Positions 38,001-46,167 of a stretch of DNA of 64,000 bases are shown piece by piece. This DNA is from Candidatus Kuenenia stuttgartensis (lineage in GTDB: Bacteria > Planctomycetota > Planctomycetia > Pirellulales > UBA1268): positions 3,538 to 67,537 of the forward strand of contig CAMBSN010000004.1 in assembly GCA_945870505.1 (NCBI GenBank), written 5' to 3'. Numbering within the stretch: position 1 is the first letter of the stretch; each line of letters opens with the position of its first letter. A program made the translations under genes and the position numbers. Under the pieces are notes generated by a model. The model worked only from the letters and a program-made list of their open reading frames with translations. It was not told where the DNA came from and made no database searches.

Positions 38001-38563
38001 GCGAATCGACGGCGAAGCTGCCTCCCTTAGGCATGTTTGGTTGCCTTGGCGCCAGCCCTGATGGTTCCGTGCTGGGGATCGGACTTGCTTCCGGCAACGT
38101 CTGCCTGGCGTCGTTCGCGACAGGAGCTCAGATCGCCCAGCTCAACGGCCACGTCGGCTGTGTGCGGGCCCTCGCCTTTAGTCCCGATGGAACGCGGATC
38201 ATGACGAGCTCGCTGGACGGCACCGCCCGCCTCTGGGATGCCCGCTCGGGTAAGTCGATCCACGTCCTGCACGGGCACGAAGGCATCGTGGAGCGGATCA
38301 TCTTCAGCCCCGACGGCAGCCGGGCCGCGACTGCCGGAACCGACGGCACGGTCCGCATCTGGGATACCGACACGGGGCAGGAAGTCTCGCAGTTGCCCGG
38401 CCAGCGTGTGGAGCCGACCGCTGTTGCCCTGAGCCCGGACGGCACGCTTGTCGTCACCGCTGCCGACGATGGTACGGCCAGGATCTGGGGCCTCTCCAAT
38501 GCGGCCATCGCCGCCGCGCGGCACGCGGAGACATCCGGCGGCGAAGCCGTCACTGACCGGTGA
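35024..38563 (+). CDS. Ser/Thr protein kinase fused to a TM helix and a large WD40 repeat region
   Basis: 1179 aa. Kinase motifs are present: GEGGMGRVYEA, VAVKVI, HRDLKPGNILV, DFGVAR, CPEQ. A TM segment (AAMAAGAVATAVVLGMVGISIFAM) follows. There are many WD40 units (e.g. GHAAIVKAVAFSPEGGRIASGAANGHLRLWD, GHEGIVERIIFSPDGSRAATAGTDGTVRIWD). Confidence 0.9.
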   Translation: MSELESHASAPDDDPDHSGLSFDGLTAFLDRSVPSDDPLPPGTRLGDQTIVGLLGEGGMGRVYEAIQGMPCRTVAVKVIRSGVLSAKAMKRFEYEAQILGRLTHQGIARIYCVGTQAMAGGTVPYFVMEYINDALTITAFASKHAISTRDRVSLFREACLAVAHGHHKGIIHRDLKPGNILVDSTGQPKIIDFGVARSAEQHPSFTTMLTGDGSIVGTLQYMCPEQFGGVVDDLDVRADVYALGVILYELLGGRLPYDVHRRPVHEVARLVTESDPPSLSTVDHRLRGDLATIVTKCMEKDRGQRYSNAAELAADLGRHLRGEPIAAKSPRLVDSLVRLARRHRLAAMAAGAVATAVVLGMVGISIFAMRADLARQEANRRAREATTERAIAEREKSRADMAAAIARQRLYVANLQAIRSCLATKNLRMARQLFADNVAIAGRALPLEMHCIEANLDDAMVVLDLQSGPIAGVEYAGDSGVLVAIVNTFSSTSPESKDPGMQVFFRPSNFTQYSMSIAPLFFASGVDHLHYAKLASVKRELADARLACIDEAFARRSPVDSSIRPVAISPDGRRMASLVAEGGLRIVDMRSGQEEALLIGPRDRMARATFSQDGRRIVTVEANSVLRLWDADSGRLLTTCGGEGGSIGGITFSGDGSRFAFHVSLGKRRQDRFLVYASADGRQLSAVEVPAGLTGDEPLIALSPDGSRLVTSAHESDLHEWDTASGGPLGDLRGHAAIVKAVAFSPEGGRIASGAANGHLRLWDPTTRTLERELMGHCDGVMSLAFSRDGCALASGGSDGTVRIWPLAIATPMAVLAGVAGMNAVEFSPDGTQLAVAPKGTDHVELWSPRTVRRLRTLVGGTGTVAQLAYSPDGLRVAAAFATPQQTGGVRVWSTQTGALLSTCGDHSVAAHMVTFSPDGTRLLIGSGRSSLATHKDAASRSWVMTWDLRSDSPLMSAEDGRIASLPTTAAVFGLGGTRVACRAGHLLDAATGESTAKLPPLGMFGCLGASPDGSVLGIGLASGNVCLASFATGAQIAQLNGHVGCVRALAFSPDGTRIMTSSLDGTARLWDARSGKSIHVLHGHEGIVERIIFSPDGSRAATAGTDGTVRIWDTDTGQEVSQLPGQRVEPTAVALSPDGTLVVTAADDGTARIWGLSNAAIAAARHAETSGGEAVTDR

Positions 38564-38611
38564 GTCAGCCGCGAGAATGGTCACGCACCCCGGCGACCAT
38601 TCCGTGCCACG

Positions 38612-39901
38612 TCACCGGCCGGAACTCGCGGCCTGATCGTCGAGTGTCGGGAGGTCGGGCGGCATCATTCGGTGCCTCGGCTCCTCGAGCGTTCCCAGGA
38701 ACGCGGCGAGGTCGGCGAGATCCTGCTGATTGAGGCTGAGGGGCCTGAGATGGGGCGACTTCACGGGAAACAGCGGATCGTCACGCTGAAAGTCTTGTCG
38801 CTTGAGCGTCACCATCCCGGCGTTGTACATGTTGAGCACGCCGCTGAGCTCGAACATCCCCGTATGCGTGAGGGGTGTCGTCCGCGTCACGTCCCGGAGC
38901 GTCGGCGTGCGGAAGCGTCCGACGTCTTTGGGATCGCCCGTGACGGCGTGCCGGCCACGGTCTTCTCTCCTGCGGCCGTAGAAGCTGAGCCCCAGATCGT
39001 GAAAGCGGCCGTCGCTGAACACCGGCCCGTGATGGCAGTTCGTGCACCGCGCTTCGCGTCGGAAGAGGTCGAGACCGATCAGCTCCGCATCGGTGAGCGC
39101 CGCGGCATCCCCCGCCATGAACTCGTCGAAACGCGACCGCCCGCCGACGATCGTCCGCTCGAAACAGGCGACCGCCTTGGCCAGCGCGTCGAAGGTGACC
39201 GGCTCGTTTGGAAACGCTTCTTCATAGAGGGCACGATACCGCGGGATCCCCGAGACGAGGCCGACGACGTGGTCGGGGCTCGTGCCCATCTCGTGTGGAT
39301 TGGTGAGGGCCTGCTCCACCTGCTGCTCGAGGCTCTCCGCCCGTCCGTCCCAGAAAAGCAATTCGTGGAAGGCAGCGTTGCGGATGGTAGGTGCGTTGCG
39401 TGCTGGGGCTGGCCGCAGCGGCTGGCTGACGGCGCGGCCGTCGGCCCAGCCGAGGTTAGGCTCGTGGCACGATGCGCAGGCGAGTTTGCCGCTGGACGAG
39501 AGTCTCGCATCGAAGAAGAGCGTCCTCCCGAGCGTCACCTTGGCGGGGCTCAGCGGGTTCGACTCGGGGTGAACCACGTTGGGCAGGGGGCCGATCTCCC
39601 GCCATTCGACCCCCGGGTCGATCATGGGGGGCGGCCAGCGGCTGCGATCGCCTCGGTAGATCTCCCGCAGTCGCCGCGCCTCGACATCCCGTTCGGCCGC
39701 GGTCCGCTCCGGCCGCGGGGTTTTCTTCCCATCGGCAGCCTCATCGTCCGCCACGAGAGGGGTGCTGCCCAGCCATGCGCACACCACTGCGGTCGCGGCC
39801 CACAAGACGAATCTCCGCCGCCGCGGCAACGCCAAGGCCCGTGCCAACACCGCGCCGAAGCCCTCGCCGAAGCCCTTACGGAAGCACTGGTGAATCGCCA
39901 T
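38612..39901 (-). CDS. Di-haem cytochrome c peroxidase (CCP/MauG family)
   Basis: 429 aa from the ATG at 39901. Two CxxCH sites are present, CASCHEP and CTNCHHGP. Other family blocks: NAPTIRNAAF, LFWDGRA, FRTPTLRDV. The upstream ORF extension does not look coding. Confidence 0.85.
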   Translation of the reverse strand: MAIHQCFRKGFGEGFGAVLARALALPRRRRFVLWAATAVVCAWLGSTPLVADDEAADGKKTPRPERTAAERDVEARRLREIYRGDRSRWPPPMIDPGVEWREIGPLPNVVHPESNPLSPAKVTLGRTLFFDARLSSSGKLACASCHEPNLGWADGRAVSQPLRPAPARNAPTIRNAAFHELLFWDGRAESLEQQVEQALTNPHEMGTSPDHVVGLVSGIPRYRALYEEAFPNEPVTFDALAKAVACFERTIVGGRSRFDEFMAGDAAALTDAELIGLDLFRREARCTNCHHGPVFSDGRFHDLGLSFYGRRREDRGRHAVTGDPKDVGRFRTPTLRDVTRTTPLTHTGMFELSGVLNMYNAGMVTLKRQDFQRDDPLFPVKSPHLRPLSLNQQDLADLAAFLGTLEEPRHRMMPPDLPTLDDQAASSGR

Positions 39902-40058
39902 GCACGACCTTGTTCGCAGCCTCGACGCGCCCGATCCATCCATTACTATATCACTGTCTCTCGCCGCACCGCTATCAGTCGGTCCGCCGGCTATTGAACC
40001 AGCACAAGCCTTGTGTGAGCCACAGTTCATCGCGCTCTTCCATCCGGGCTGACGTGAC

Positions 40059-40709
40059 ATGGATGTACAGCGGCCCTGTTCTCCGCGCAGCTGCCGACCA
40101 TCGGCTTTCTCGCTCGTCGAACTGCTCGTGGTCGTGGCGATCATTGCCACGCTCGTGGGTCTCATGCTTCCGGCAGTCCAGTTCATCAGGGAACGGGCCC
40201 GCCTGACGCAGTGCGCGAACAATCTTCGGCAGATCGGCTTGGTCACCCGGATCTACGCCGGCACCACCGGGGACTTCTTCCCCACGGCCTCCAAGACCGG
40301 AAACTTCTCCTATCGCATGGCGCCCGGCTTGAGAACACCGAACGATCCCGACGCGCTGCCAGAAACCTACGGACTCGAAGCCCTGTACGTGCAGCGGGGG
40401 TTCCTCAGGGAGAGCAGCGGCATCTGGGTTTGCCCAAGTCACACCGATGAGCAGCAGGCCTATCAGAACACCTACGCATTCAGCATCGCGACGGTGCTCG
40501 CGAAGCGAAACCCGCCCGACCAGTCCACCACGCTGTTCACGTGGGACAACTCGACCCTCAACCCGGGCCGGTCAGGTTTTCGCGGGCCGTTCGTGGGCTA
40601 TGCGATTCCTGTCTCCAAACGCAAGAACGCCCACGCCGGGTTTCAGTTAGGTTCGGCGGGCTACAACGCGCTCTATCTCGACGGGCATGTCGAGTTCTTC
40701 ACCAACTGA
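40059..40709 (+). CDS. DUF1559-type protein with prepilin N-terminal cleavage/methylation domain
   Basis: 216 aa. It has [33 protein letters not shown] followed by CANNLRQIG, and the C-terminal [11 protein letters not shown], typical of planctomycete DUF1559 proteins. Confidence 0.8.
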   Translation: MDVQRPCSPRSCRPSAFSLVELLVVVAIIATLVGLMLPAVQFIRERARLTQCANNLRQIGLVTRIYAGTTGDFFPTASKTGNFSYRMAPGLRTPNDPDALPETYGLEALYVQRGFLRESSGIWVCPSHTDEQQAYQNTYAFSIATVLAKRNPPDQSTTLFTWDNSTLNPGRSGFRGPFVGYAIPVSKRKNAHAGFQLGSAGYNALYLDGHVEFFTN

Positions 40710-40966
40710 CGGGGTACTGGGTCCGTCATGAAACGCGGCTCCAGCCGTTGCTCGACCTCTCGTATCTCTCGTTCGGCGATTCTCATGAGCGGCGACCCTC
40801 GCAAGCTTTCTCGAGACGTCGACGACCGACATCGTGATCGCGTCGATGGCATCCGGCAGTGATGGCAGCGTCTCTTTCAAGAACACCGACAGTTCGCCCG
40901 AACGTCGCGGCATCGTGAAGCTCGATTCCGCGGTGGCCGTCGCCCATGCGGGGGCCGCCGACTGGC

Positions 40967-41028
40967 GCGAATAGACGGCAACGAGAAAAACCCTCATGCT
41001 GCGAGGACAATGGGCGACGACACGACCT
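40967..41028. repeat. Copy 2 of the 62-bp duplicated divergent-start module
   Basis: It matches 34829-34890. Here the plus-strand ATG (41010) starts the MFS gene. The minus-strand start position is TTG and opens only a 34-codon ORF. Confidence 0.8.
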
Positions 41029-42341
41029 ACCGAGGGCCTACCCAGCCGCTCCCCGATCCTTCCCGCGAGACGGTTCGTGATGACGCGAGCCGTGAGGCAC
41101 GCAACACCTTCTGGATTGAGTGTTATCAGGTCGCGGTCCGCGTCGGCTGGATCTTCAAGACCGAGACGATCATCATGCCGGCGGTGCTCGACGCCATCGT
41201 CGACTCAGGTCTCCTCCGCGGCCTCTTGCCCGTGCTCAACCGCGTTGGGCAGAGCGTACCGCCGCTGTTCATCGCCGGCGGCCTTGCCCGACGGCCGCTC
41301 AAGAAGTGGTCGCTGGTGGCCACGAGTCTGGCGATGGCGGGGTGCTTCGCGGCGCTCGCCGCCGCCTGGGGACCGCTCCAGGCCACGCGGCCTGATCTGC
41401 TCGCGATCCTGTTCCTGGTGGTCTATGCCACGTTCTCGTCGGTTGTCGGCGTCAATCAAATGGTGTTTGCGGCCCTGCAGGGCAAGCTCATCTCGCCGGG
41501 GCACCGGGGCCGGGCGATGGTGGTGAGCGTGGCGGTGGGCAGCGTGGTGGCGATTGCCGCAGCGATCGTGCTCCTGGGGCCCTGGCTGAAACAGCCCGAT
41601 GGGTTTCCGAAAATCTTCGCCGCCACGGCGGCGTTCTTCGCGATTGCGGCGATCGCACCGGTGTTCCTCGATGAGCCGCCCGATGCGGTTCGGTCGGCGG
41701 CGGCCGGCTCGCGGTCGCCGTGGGCGATCGCCTCCGCGGGCCTCGCCACCTGGCGGGCGACGATCTTGGCCGACCGCACGCTCGTGCGACTCTCGCTCGT
41801 GGCCGCCTGCTTCTCCGCGGTGCTGATGATGTTTCCCCACTACCAGGCCTTTGCCCGCGATCGGCTGGGGAGCGGCGCCGACAGCCTGCTCGCCTGGGTC
41901 TGCACGCAGAACGCAGCCACGGGTCTCGCGAGCCTCGTGGCGGGCCCCGTGTCCGATCGCCGCGGTACGCGGATTGTGCTCGTCTGGCTCGTTGCCCTCT
42001 CCGCCCTCACGCCGCTGGTGGTGACGGCGCTCTCGCTGCTGCCGCACTCGACCGCGGTGCACTGGTTCTGGATCGTCTTCGTGCCGCTGGGTCTCAACCC
42101 GATCTCGCTGAAACTGTTCACCAACTACGCCCTCGAACTCGCTCCATCGGCCGCCGAACACCCGCGATACGTGAGCATCGTGGGAGCGGCGCTGGCGGCC
42201 CCCTTCGTGCTCTCGCCCCTGGTGGGTCTTGCGGTCGACCGCTTGGGGTTTCGGCACGTCTTCGTCACGGGGGCTGTCGTCATCGCCGTCGGCGCCGTGA
42301 TCGCCGCCGGCCTGCCCGAGCCACGGCACGAGACCCGCTGA
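41010..42341 (+). CDS. MFS transporter
   Basis: 443 aa with about 12 hydrophobic segments in a 6+6 arrangement, and the loop motif GPVSDRRGTR between TM helices. Confidence 0.75.
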   Translation: MGDDTTYRGPTQPLPDPSRETVRDDASREARNTFWIECYQVAVRVGWIFKTETIIMPAVLDAIVDSGLLRGLLPVLNRVGQSVPPLFIAGGLARRPLKKWSLVATSLAMAGCFAALAAAWGPLQATRPDLLAILFLVVYATFSSVVGVNQMVFAALQGKLISPGHRGRAMVVSVAVGSVVAIAAAIVLLGPWLKQPDGFPKIFAATAAFFAIAAIAPVFLDEPPDAVRSAAAGSRSPWAIASAGLATWRATILADRTLVRLSLVAACFSAVLMMFPHYQAFARDRLGSGADSLLAWVCTQNAATGLASLVAGPVSDRRGTRIVLVWLVALSALTPLVVTALSLLPHSTAVHWFWIVFVPLGLNPISLKLFTNYALELAPSAAEHPRYVSIVGAALAAPFVLSPLVGLAVDRLGFRHVFVTGAVVIAVGAVIAAGLPEPRHETR

Positions 42342-42348
42342 GCTGCGA

Positions 42349-43179
42349 TCAATACAACCACAGCCGCAGGTCGCCGCGGCTGATGACCGGCTGGGGCGTG
42401 TAGCGGATCCTGCGGGCGAGCGAGCGGACTTCGGCGGCTCGCGAGCCGACCATCGCCCAATCGCGCCAGGCGGTGCGGGCCGGAGCGGCAGGCAGCCGCC
42501 AGGCATCGCAGGCGGTGTGCCAGAGCGTGTCGAGATGCCGCCGGCGAAGGTGGATCGCGTCGAGGCCGTACCAGTCGCCTGGCTGCTCGATCAAGGTGGC
42601 GGCGTGGTCGGCAGCCACGGCGGCGATCTGCGCGTCGAGGTCGGCGGCGGCCTCCTTGAGGATCGCCAGCGGGAGCCGGCAGCCCGGCACGTAGCAGGTC
42701 CGCAGCGCGCGGTAGCGGGCCGGCCCCACGCTCTCCAGGCTGGTGAGCGGCAATCGGGTGATCGCGATCCGCCCGCCCCGCTCGGCAAGCCGCCGGACCG
42801 CCTCTCGCACCCAGCCGGCAACCTGCTCTGGGGAGAAACCGTAGAGCAGATCGTTTCCAATGTCGGTGACGAGGGCGAGCGGCCGCGGGGATTCGTCGGC
42901 TGCGGCCTGCTCCCGCTCGAGCGCCCGCCACAGGCCGCTGCCGAGGATCGAGGGAAGCCGTCGTGCCGCCACGCGGCTGTTGACGCCGTACGATCGGCCG
43001 TGGCCGGCGGTGACAAACAGGTCGAGCGGGTCCGCCGATCGGCTACGGGCGATCGCGGCCAGCCGCGCGAGGCCGCGGGAGACATTGCTCGCCCCGAGCA
43101 CCACCACGCGGGTGGCCGCCACGGGCGTCAGTTCCACCGCCGCCACGGGGTGTTGCCGGCGGAGATGCTCTGGAAGCAC
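42349..43179 (-). CDS. SGNH/GDSL-type hydrolase family protein
   Basis: VVVLGASNVSRG (block I, Ser), VTAGHGRSYG, and TDIGNDLLYG (block III). The ATG at 43179 overlaps the upstream M50 gene by 52 nt. An in-frame GTG at 43122 would remove the overlap. Confidence 0.65.
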   Translation of the reverse strand: MLPEHLRRQHPVAAVELTPVAATRVVVLGASNVSRGLARLAAIARSRSADPLDLFVTAGHGRSYGVNSRVAARRLPSILGSGLWRALEREQAAADESPRPLALVTDIGNDLLYGFSPEQVAGWVREAVRRLAERGGRIAITRLPLTSLESVGPARYRALRTCYVPGCRLPLAILKEAAADLDAQIAAVAADHAATLIEQPGDWYGLDAIHLRRRHLDTLWHTACDAWRLPAAPARTAWRDWAMVGSRAAEVRSLARRIRYTPQPVISRGDLRLWLY

Positions 43180-43904
43180 GACGCGGCGAGCATCGCGAAC
43201 ATGATCCCCAGGAAGTGATCACCCCTTGCATAACCCCACCAGGCCACGAGGCCCCCGGCGACCACGCCCAGGATGGCGGCGATCCGGGCCCCGTCCGCCA
43301 CGCCGACAGCGAGCAGACCCTCACGGACGATCTGTCCACCATCGAGCGGAGGCACCGGGACCAGGTTGAGGAGCGGCCAGAAGATGTTGACGTAGAGCAT
43401 GAAGTCGAAGAACGCATAGGCCAGTGGCGACGTATAGCCGCGGCCCTCGTTGAAGCCGAGCAGGGAGCCGACCGCCGGGATCGGAAACGGCACCTGGTAG
43501 CCGCTCACCTTCAGCAGCCCGATGATCACCACGGCGAGGAAGAGCTGCGCGAGCGGGCCGGCCGCCGATACGAGGAGCCGCTGGACGGGCCGGAGGTGGC
43601 GGCGGCCCCAGATCTCCGGGATCGCCAGGCCGCCGAAGTGGTAGAGCACGATGTGCGCCGCCTGGCCGAAGTTGCGGTAGGCCAGAGCATGCCCCATCTC
43701 GTGAACGAGGAGCGATACGAACACGACGCCAATCCACATGACCAGCATCTGCAGGAGCAGCCGCTGGTCACCGAGCGCGAATGACTGGCAGACATTCCAG
43801 CCAAGCAGGCCCGCAGCCAGCCAGAACCAGGCCGACACGCGAACCCGGATTCCCGAAAGGTCGAAGAGCAGGTCGGCGGAGGTGGCCTGGGGTTCGGCAA
43901 GCAT
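43128..43904 (-). CDS. Site-2 protease (M50) family metalloprotease
   Basis: 258 aa, polytopic, with the HExxH motif LVHEMGHALAY and a downstream PLDGGQI motif. Confidence 0.75.
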   Translation of the reverse strand: MLAEPQATSADLLFDLSGIRVRVSAWFWLAAGLLGWNVCQSFALGDQRLLLQMLVMWIGVVFVSLLVHEMGHALAYRNFGQAAHIVLYHFGGLAIPEIWGRRHLRPVQRLLVSAAGPLAQLFLAVVIIGLLKVSGYQVPFPIPAVGSLLGFNEGRGYTSPLAYAFFDFMLYVNIFWPLLNLVPVPPLDGGQIVREGLLAVGVADGARIAAILGVVAGGLVAWWGYARGDHFLGIMFAMLAASCFQSISAGNTPWRRWN

Positions 43905-43937
43905 CGTGAAGCCTATCGTACACGTCCGTCCGGGAAA

Positions 43938-45182
43938 TCACGCCGCCCGGCGGTCTGCCGCGATGGCCACGTCGCCGCCACCGGCGATCGCGAGCACTGA
44001 ATCGGCGGCCCGAGCGGCGGAGCCCGGCCGGGCGACGACGGCGGCGACCACCTCGATCCGTTCCACGGCTCGCCGTCGCGCCGCCGCGTCGGTGAGCCAT
44101 TCGATCACGTGCGCGGCGGAGCGCTCGGCGGGATCACCCACGGCGAGGTATTCGGGATAGACCGCCTCCGGGTCGGCCGGCGGCACGGTGAGCGGCGGCA
44201 CGAGCACAGGCCGCGCCGGCCCGATCGGCTCCCGGCAGGCGAGCAGGTTGACCAGCGTGATGAACCGGGCGCGGCGATACCAACTCTGCACGAGGTAGGC
44301 GAAGCCGCTCACGCGATACACGATCACGGTCGGCACTCGGGCCGCGAGGAGCTCGAGTGACACCGAGCCGGAGCAGGCGATCGCGGCGGTGGCCTCGCTG
44401 ATCAGGCTCCGCGTGCGGCCCGCGTAAATCTCGATGCCGAGCCCGGTCGCTCCGGCGGTCGCTCGGAGCACCTCCTCGATGCGGCAGGCATGACGTTCGT
44501 GCAGCGCCCCGATGGCGAAGCGGGCTTCAGGCAGACGCCGCCGGATGATGGCGGCCGCCCGGAGGAGCGAACCGAGCACCCCCTCGATCTCCTGACCGCG
44601 GGAGCCCGGCAGTAGTAGCACGAGCGGCTTCGTGGCGGTTGGGCTGGAGGCCCGTGGCGAGAGGGCCGTATCGAGGTCATCGAAGAAGGGATGGCCCACC
44701 AGCGTGCTCCGTACACCGTGGGCCGTGAACCAATCGTGTTCGAAGGGCAGCGCCGAGAGGACGTGGTCGACGAGTCGCCGCATCTTCCCAATGCGCCAGC
44801 TCGCCCAGGCCCAGATCTGCGGCGGGCAGTAGAAGACGACTGGGATTCCGTGCCGCTTCGCCCGCCATGCCAGCCACCAGTGGAAGCCGGGAAAGTCGAC
44901 GAGCACGCAGACGTCAGGTTTTGAATCGAGGAAGTTCCGCTCGGCGCGGCGGGCCAGGTCGACGAAGCGGTGAATGTTGAGGATTGCCCGACTGATCCAC
45001 ATCACGGCAAACTGGGTCATGTTGGCGACGAGGTCCACCCCCTCGGCCTCCATGTGCGGGCCGCCGAGGCCGGCGAACTCGACGTCGGGCCGACGCTCCC
45101 GGATCGCGCGGACGAGCAGCGCCGCATGATGGTCGCCCGAGGGCTCGCCGGCTGATACGAAGACGCGCATGGGATGCTCCAC
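43938..45182 (-). CDS. lpxB: Lipid-A-disaccharide synthase
   Basis: 414 aa. MRVFVSAGEPSGDHHAALLVRAIR, VDFPGFHWWLA, YYCPPQIWAWASWR and SGSVSLELLA are typical LpxB blocks. The start is the ATG at 45182 or 45170. Confidence 0.85.
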   Translation of the reverse strand: MEHPMRVFVSAGEPSGDHHAALLVRAIRERRPDVEFAGLGGPHMEAEGVDLVANMTQFAVMWISRAILNIHRFVDLARRAERNFLDSKPDVCVLVDFPGFHWWLAWRAKRHGIPVVFYCPPQIWAWASWRIGKMRRLVDHVLSALPFEHDWFTAHGVRSTLVGHPFFDDLDTALSPRASSPTATKPLVLLLPGSRGQEIEGVLGSLLRAAAIIRRRLPEARFAIGALHERHACRIEEVLRATAGATGLGIEIYAGRTRSLISEATAAIACSGSVSLELLAARVPTVIVYRVSGFAYLVQSWYRRARFITLVNLLACREPIGPARPVLVPPLTVPPADPEAVYPEYLAVGDPAERSAAHVIEWLTDAAARRRAVERIEVVAAVVARPGSAARAADSVLAIAGGGDVAIAADRRAA

Positions 45183-45302
45183 CCGGCGGTGGCCGAGAGG
45201 CGGAGTATCCCGCGCTCACCCCGGCCGCCCTAGACCAGTTCGCCGCGGTGGAATGGGCCAAACGGCCGGGATTTCAGCCGGGTCAGTAGCCACCGCTCGG
45301 CA

Positions 45303-45329
45303 GGCCGCGCCGCCAAGGGCGGCGCGGCC
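45303..45329 (-). terminator. GC-rich hairpin just downstream of the YHS/TRASH gene (candidate terminator, no U-tract)
   Basis: ggccgcgccgcc-aag-ggcggcgcggcc is a perfect 12-bp inverted repeat lying 14 nt after the stop at 45344. There is no T-run, so function is inferred only. Confidence 0.35.
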
Positions 45330-45343
45330 CCCGCGGATGATCG

Positions 45344-45784
45344 TTACTTCGCCGCGGGCTTGAAGCCCTTGTCGATCTTGCCGAAGACCATCGTCACCTG
45401 ATCCTCGGGAGACGCCTTCTCGACTTTGCCCTTGCAGTTGGGGCAGCAGAAGCCGACTTCGGCATCGCCGATCGAGATCTGCGTGCCGGGCTTCACCGGC
45501 CCGCCGCTGAACGGGCAGCCCTTCTGCACGAGCTGGCCGGTGCTCACCATCTGCTGGTGGGCCTTGGCGGCGAACTTCGCCGAATCGCCCTCGAAGGCGC
45601 CGACGCACTTCTCGCAGCAGAAGTAGACAGTGCCGCCGTCGAAGTCGGCGGAGGCCGCCGGATCGCAGCCATGGCCTGAGACGGGGCAGGTGGCATCCTT
45701 CGCCTCTTTGATCGCAGCCGTCACGACGGCGGCCGAGGTGGCGAGGGCAACGATCGCGAGGCCAAGAACCAGACGACTCTTCAT
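45344..45784 (-). CDS. Secreted protein with two YHS/TRASH-like Cys motifs (candidate metal-binding)
   Basis: 146 aa. Signal peptide MKSRLVLGLAIVALATSAAVV. There are two units: CPVSG...VYFCCEKC...F and CPFSG...VGFCCPNC. Confidence 0.65.
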   Translation of the reverse strand: MKSRLVLGLAIVALATSAAVVTAAIKEAKDATCPVSGHGCDPAASADFDGGTVYFCCEKCVGAFEGDSAKFAAKAHQQMVSTGQLVQKGCPFSGGPVKPGTQISIGDAEVGFCCPNCKGKVEKASPEDQVTMVFGKIDKGFKPAAK

Positions 45785-45885
45785 GACACGCTCTCCAGTG
45801 GTGAAACGGGCGATTCCGAAGACAACAGACTACGCGTCCGTGGGCGTCGTAGGCAACCCCGAGCGGCCCGGCCACCAGAGTTGCA

Positions 45886-45938
45886 CACAGGTTGGCAACC
45901 TGTGCTACTCAGGCACACAGGTTGCCAACCTGTGCTAC
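45886..45938. repeat. Two REP-like hairpins
   Basis: cacaggtt-ggc-aacctgtgctac (45886-45908) and cacaggtt-gcc-aacctgtgctac (45916-45938). Confidence 0.8.
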
Positions 45939-45940
45939 GA

Positions 45941-46167
45941 GTGGCCATGGATGGCACCGCAGGCGTGTGTCACGGCAGGACGCCGTGGAATCGTGGCTCT
46001 GGGCAACCTTGGCTTGCCCCGCAGCCGCGTCAGCCTGCGGTGGCCATGGATGGCACCGCAGGCGTGTGTCACGGCAGGACGCCGTGGATCGCGGCTCAGG
46101 GCAACCTTGGCTTGCCCCACAGCCGCGTCAGCCTGCGGTGGCCATGGATGGCACCGCAGGCGTGTAT
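45941..46167. repeat. 99-bp tandem repeat, 2.3 copies
   Basis: Copies start at 45941, 46040 and 46138 (partial, 30 bp). The two full copies differ by a few substitutions and one 1-nt indel (99 vs 98 bp). Unit junctions form cctgcgg...ccgcagg inverted repeats. The array ends at the mrp stop codon. Confidence 0.85.

Noticed and set aside
40647-40997. 116-aa minus-strand ORF between the DUF1559 and MFS genes.
   Set aside because: It overlaps the 3' end of the DUF1559 gene antisense. It has no signal peptide or motif. Its first residues (MRVFL.AVYSR) are simply another reading frame of the duplicated module, and the same peptide appears in a spurious ORF at 34602-34919.
42349-43179. 52-nt overlap between the M50 protease and SGNH hydrolase genes, considered as a possible programmed feature.
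   Set aside because: An in-frame GTG at 43122, 6 nt after the M50 stop, gives an equally plausible non-overlapping start just before the conserved VVVLGASN block. The overlap is therefore probably a start-codon calling artefact.
45941-46167. Possible CRISPR array, considered both here and at the hairpin cluster 7834-8158.
   Set aside because: The 99-bp units repeat in full with no unique spacers. The 21-23 bp hairpins are irregularly spaced (9 to about 170 nt) with shared flanking modules. No cas genes are in the window. This pattern fits REP/BIME-like repeats, not CRISPR.
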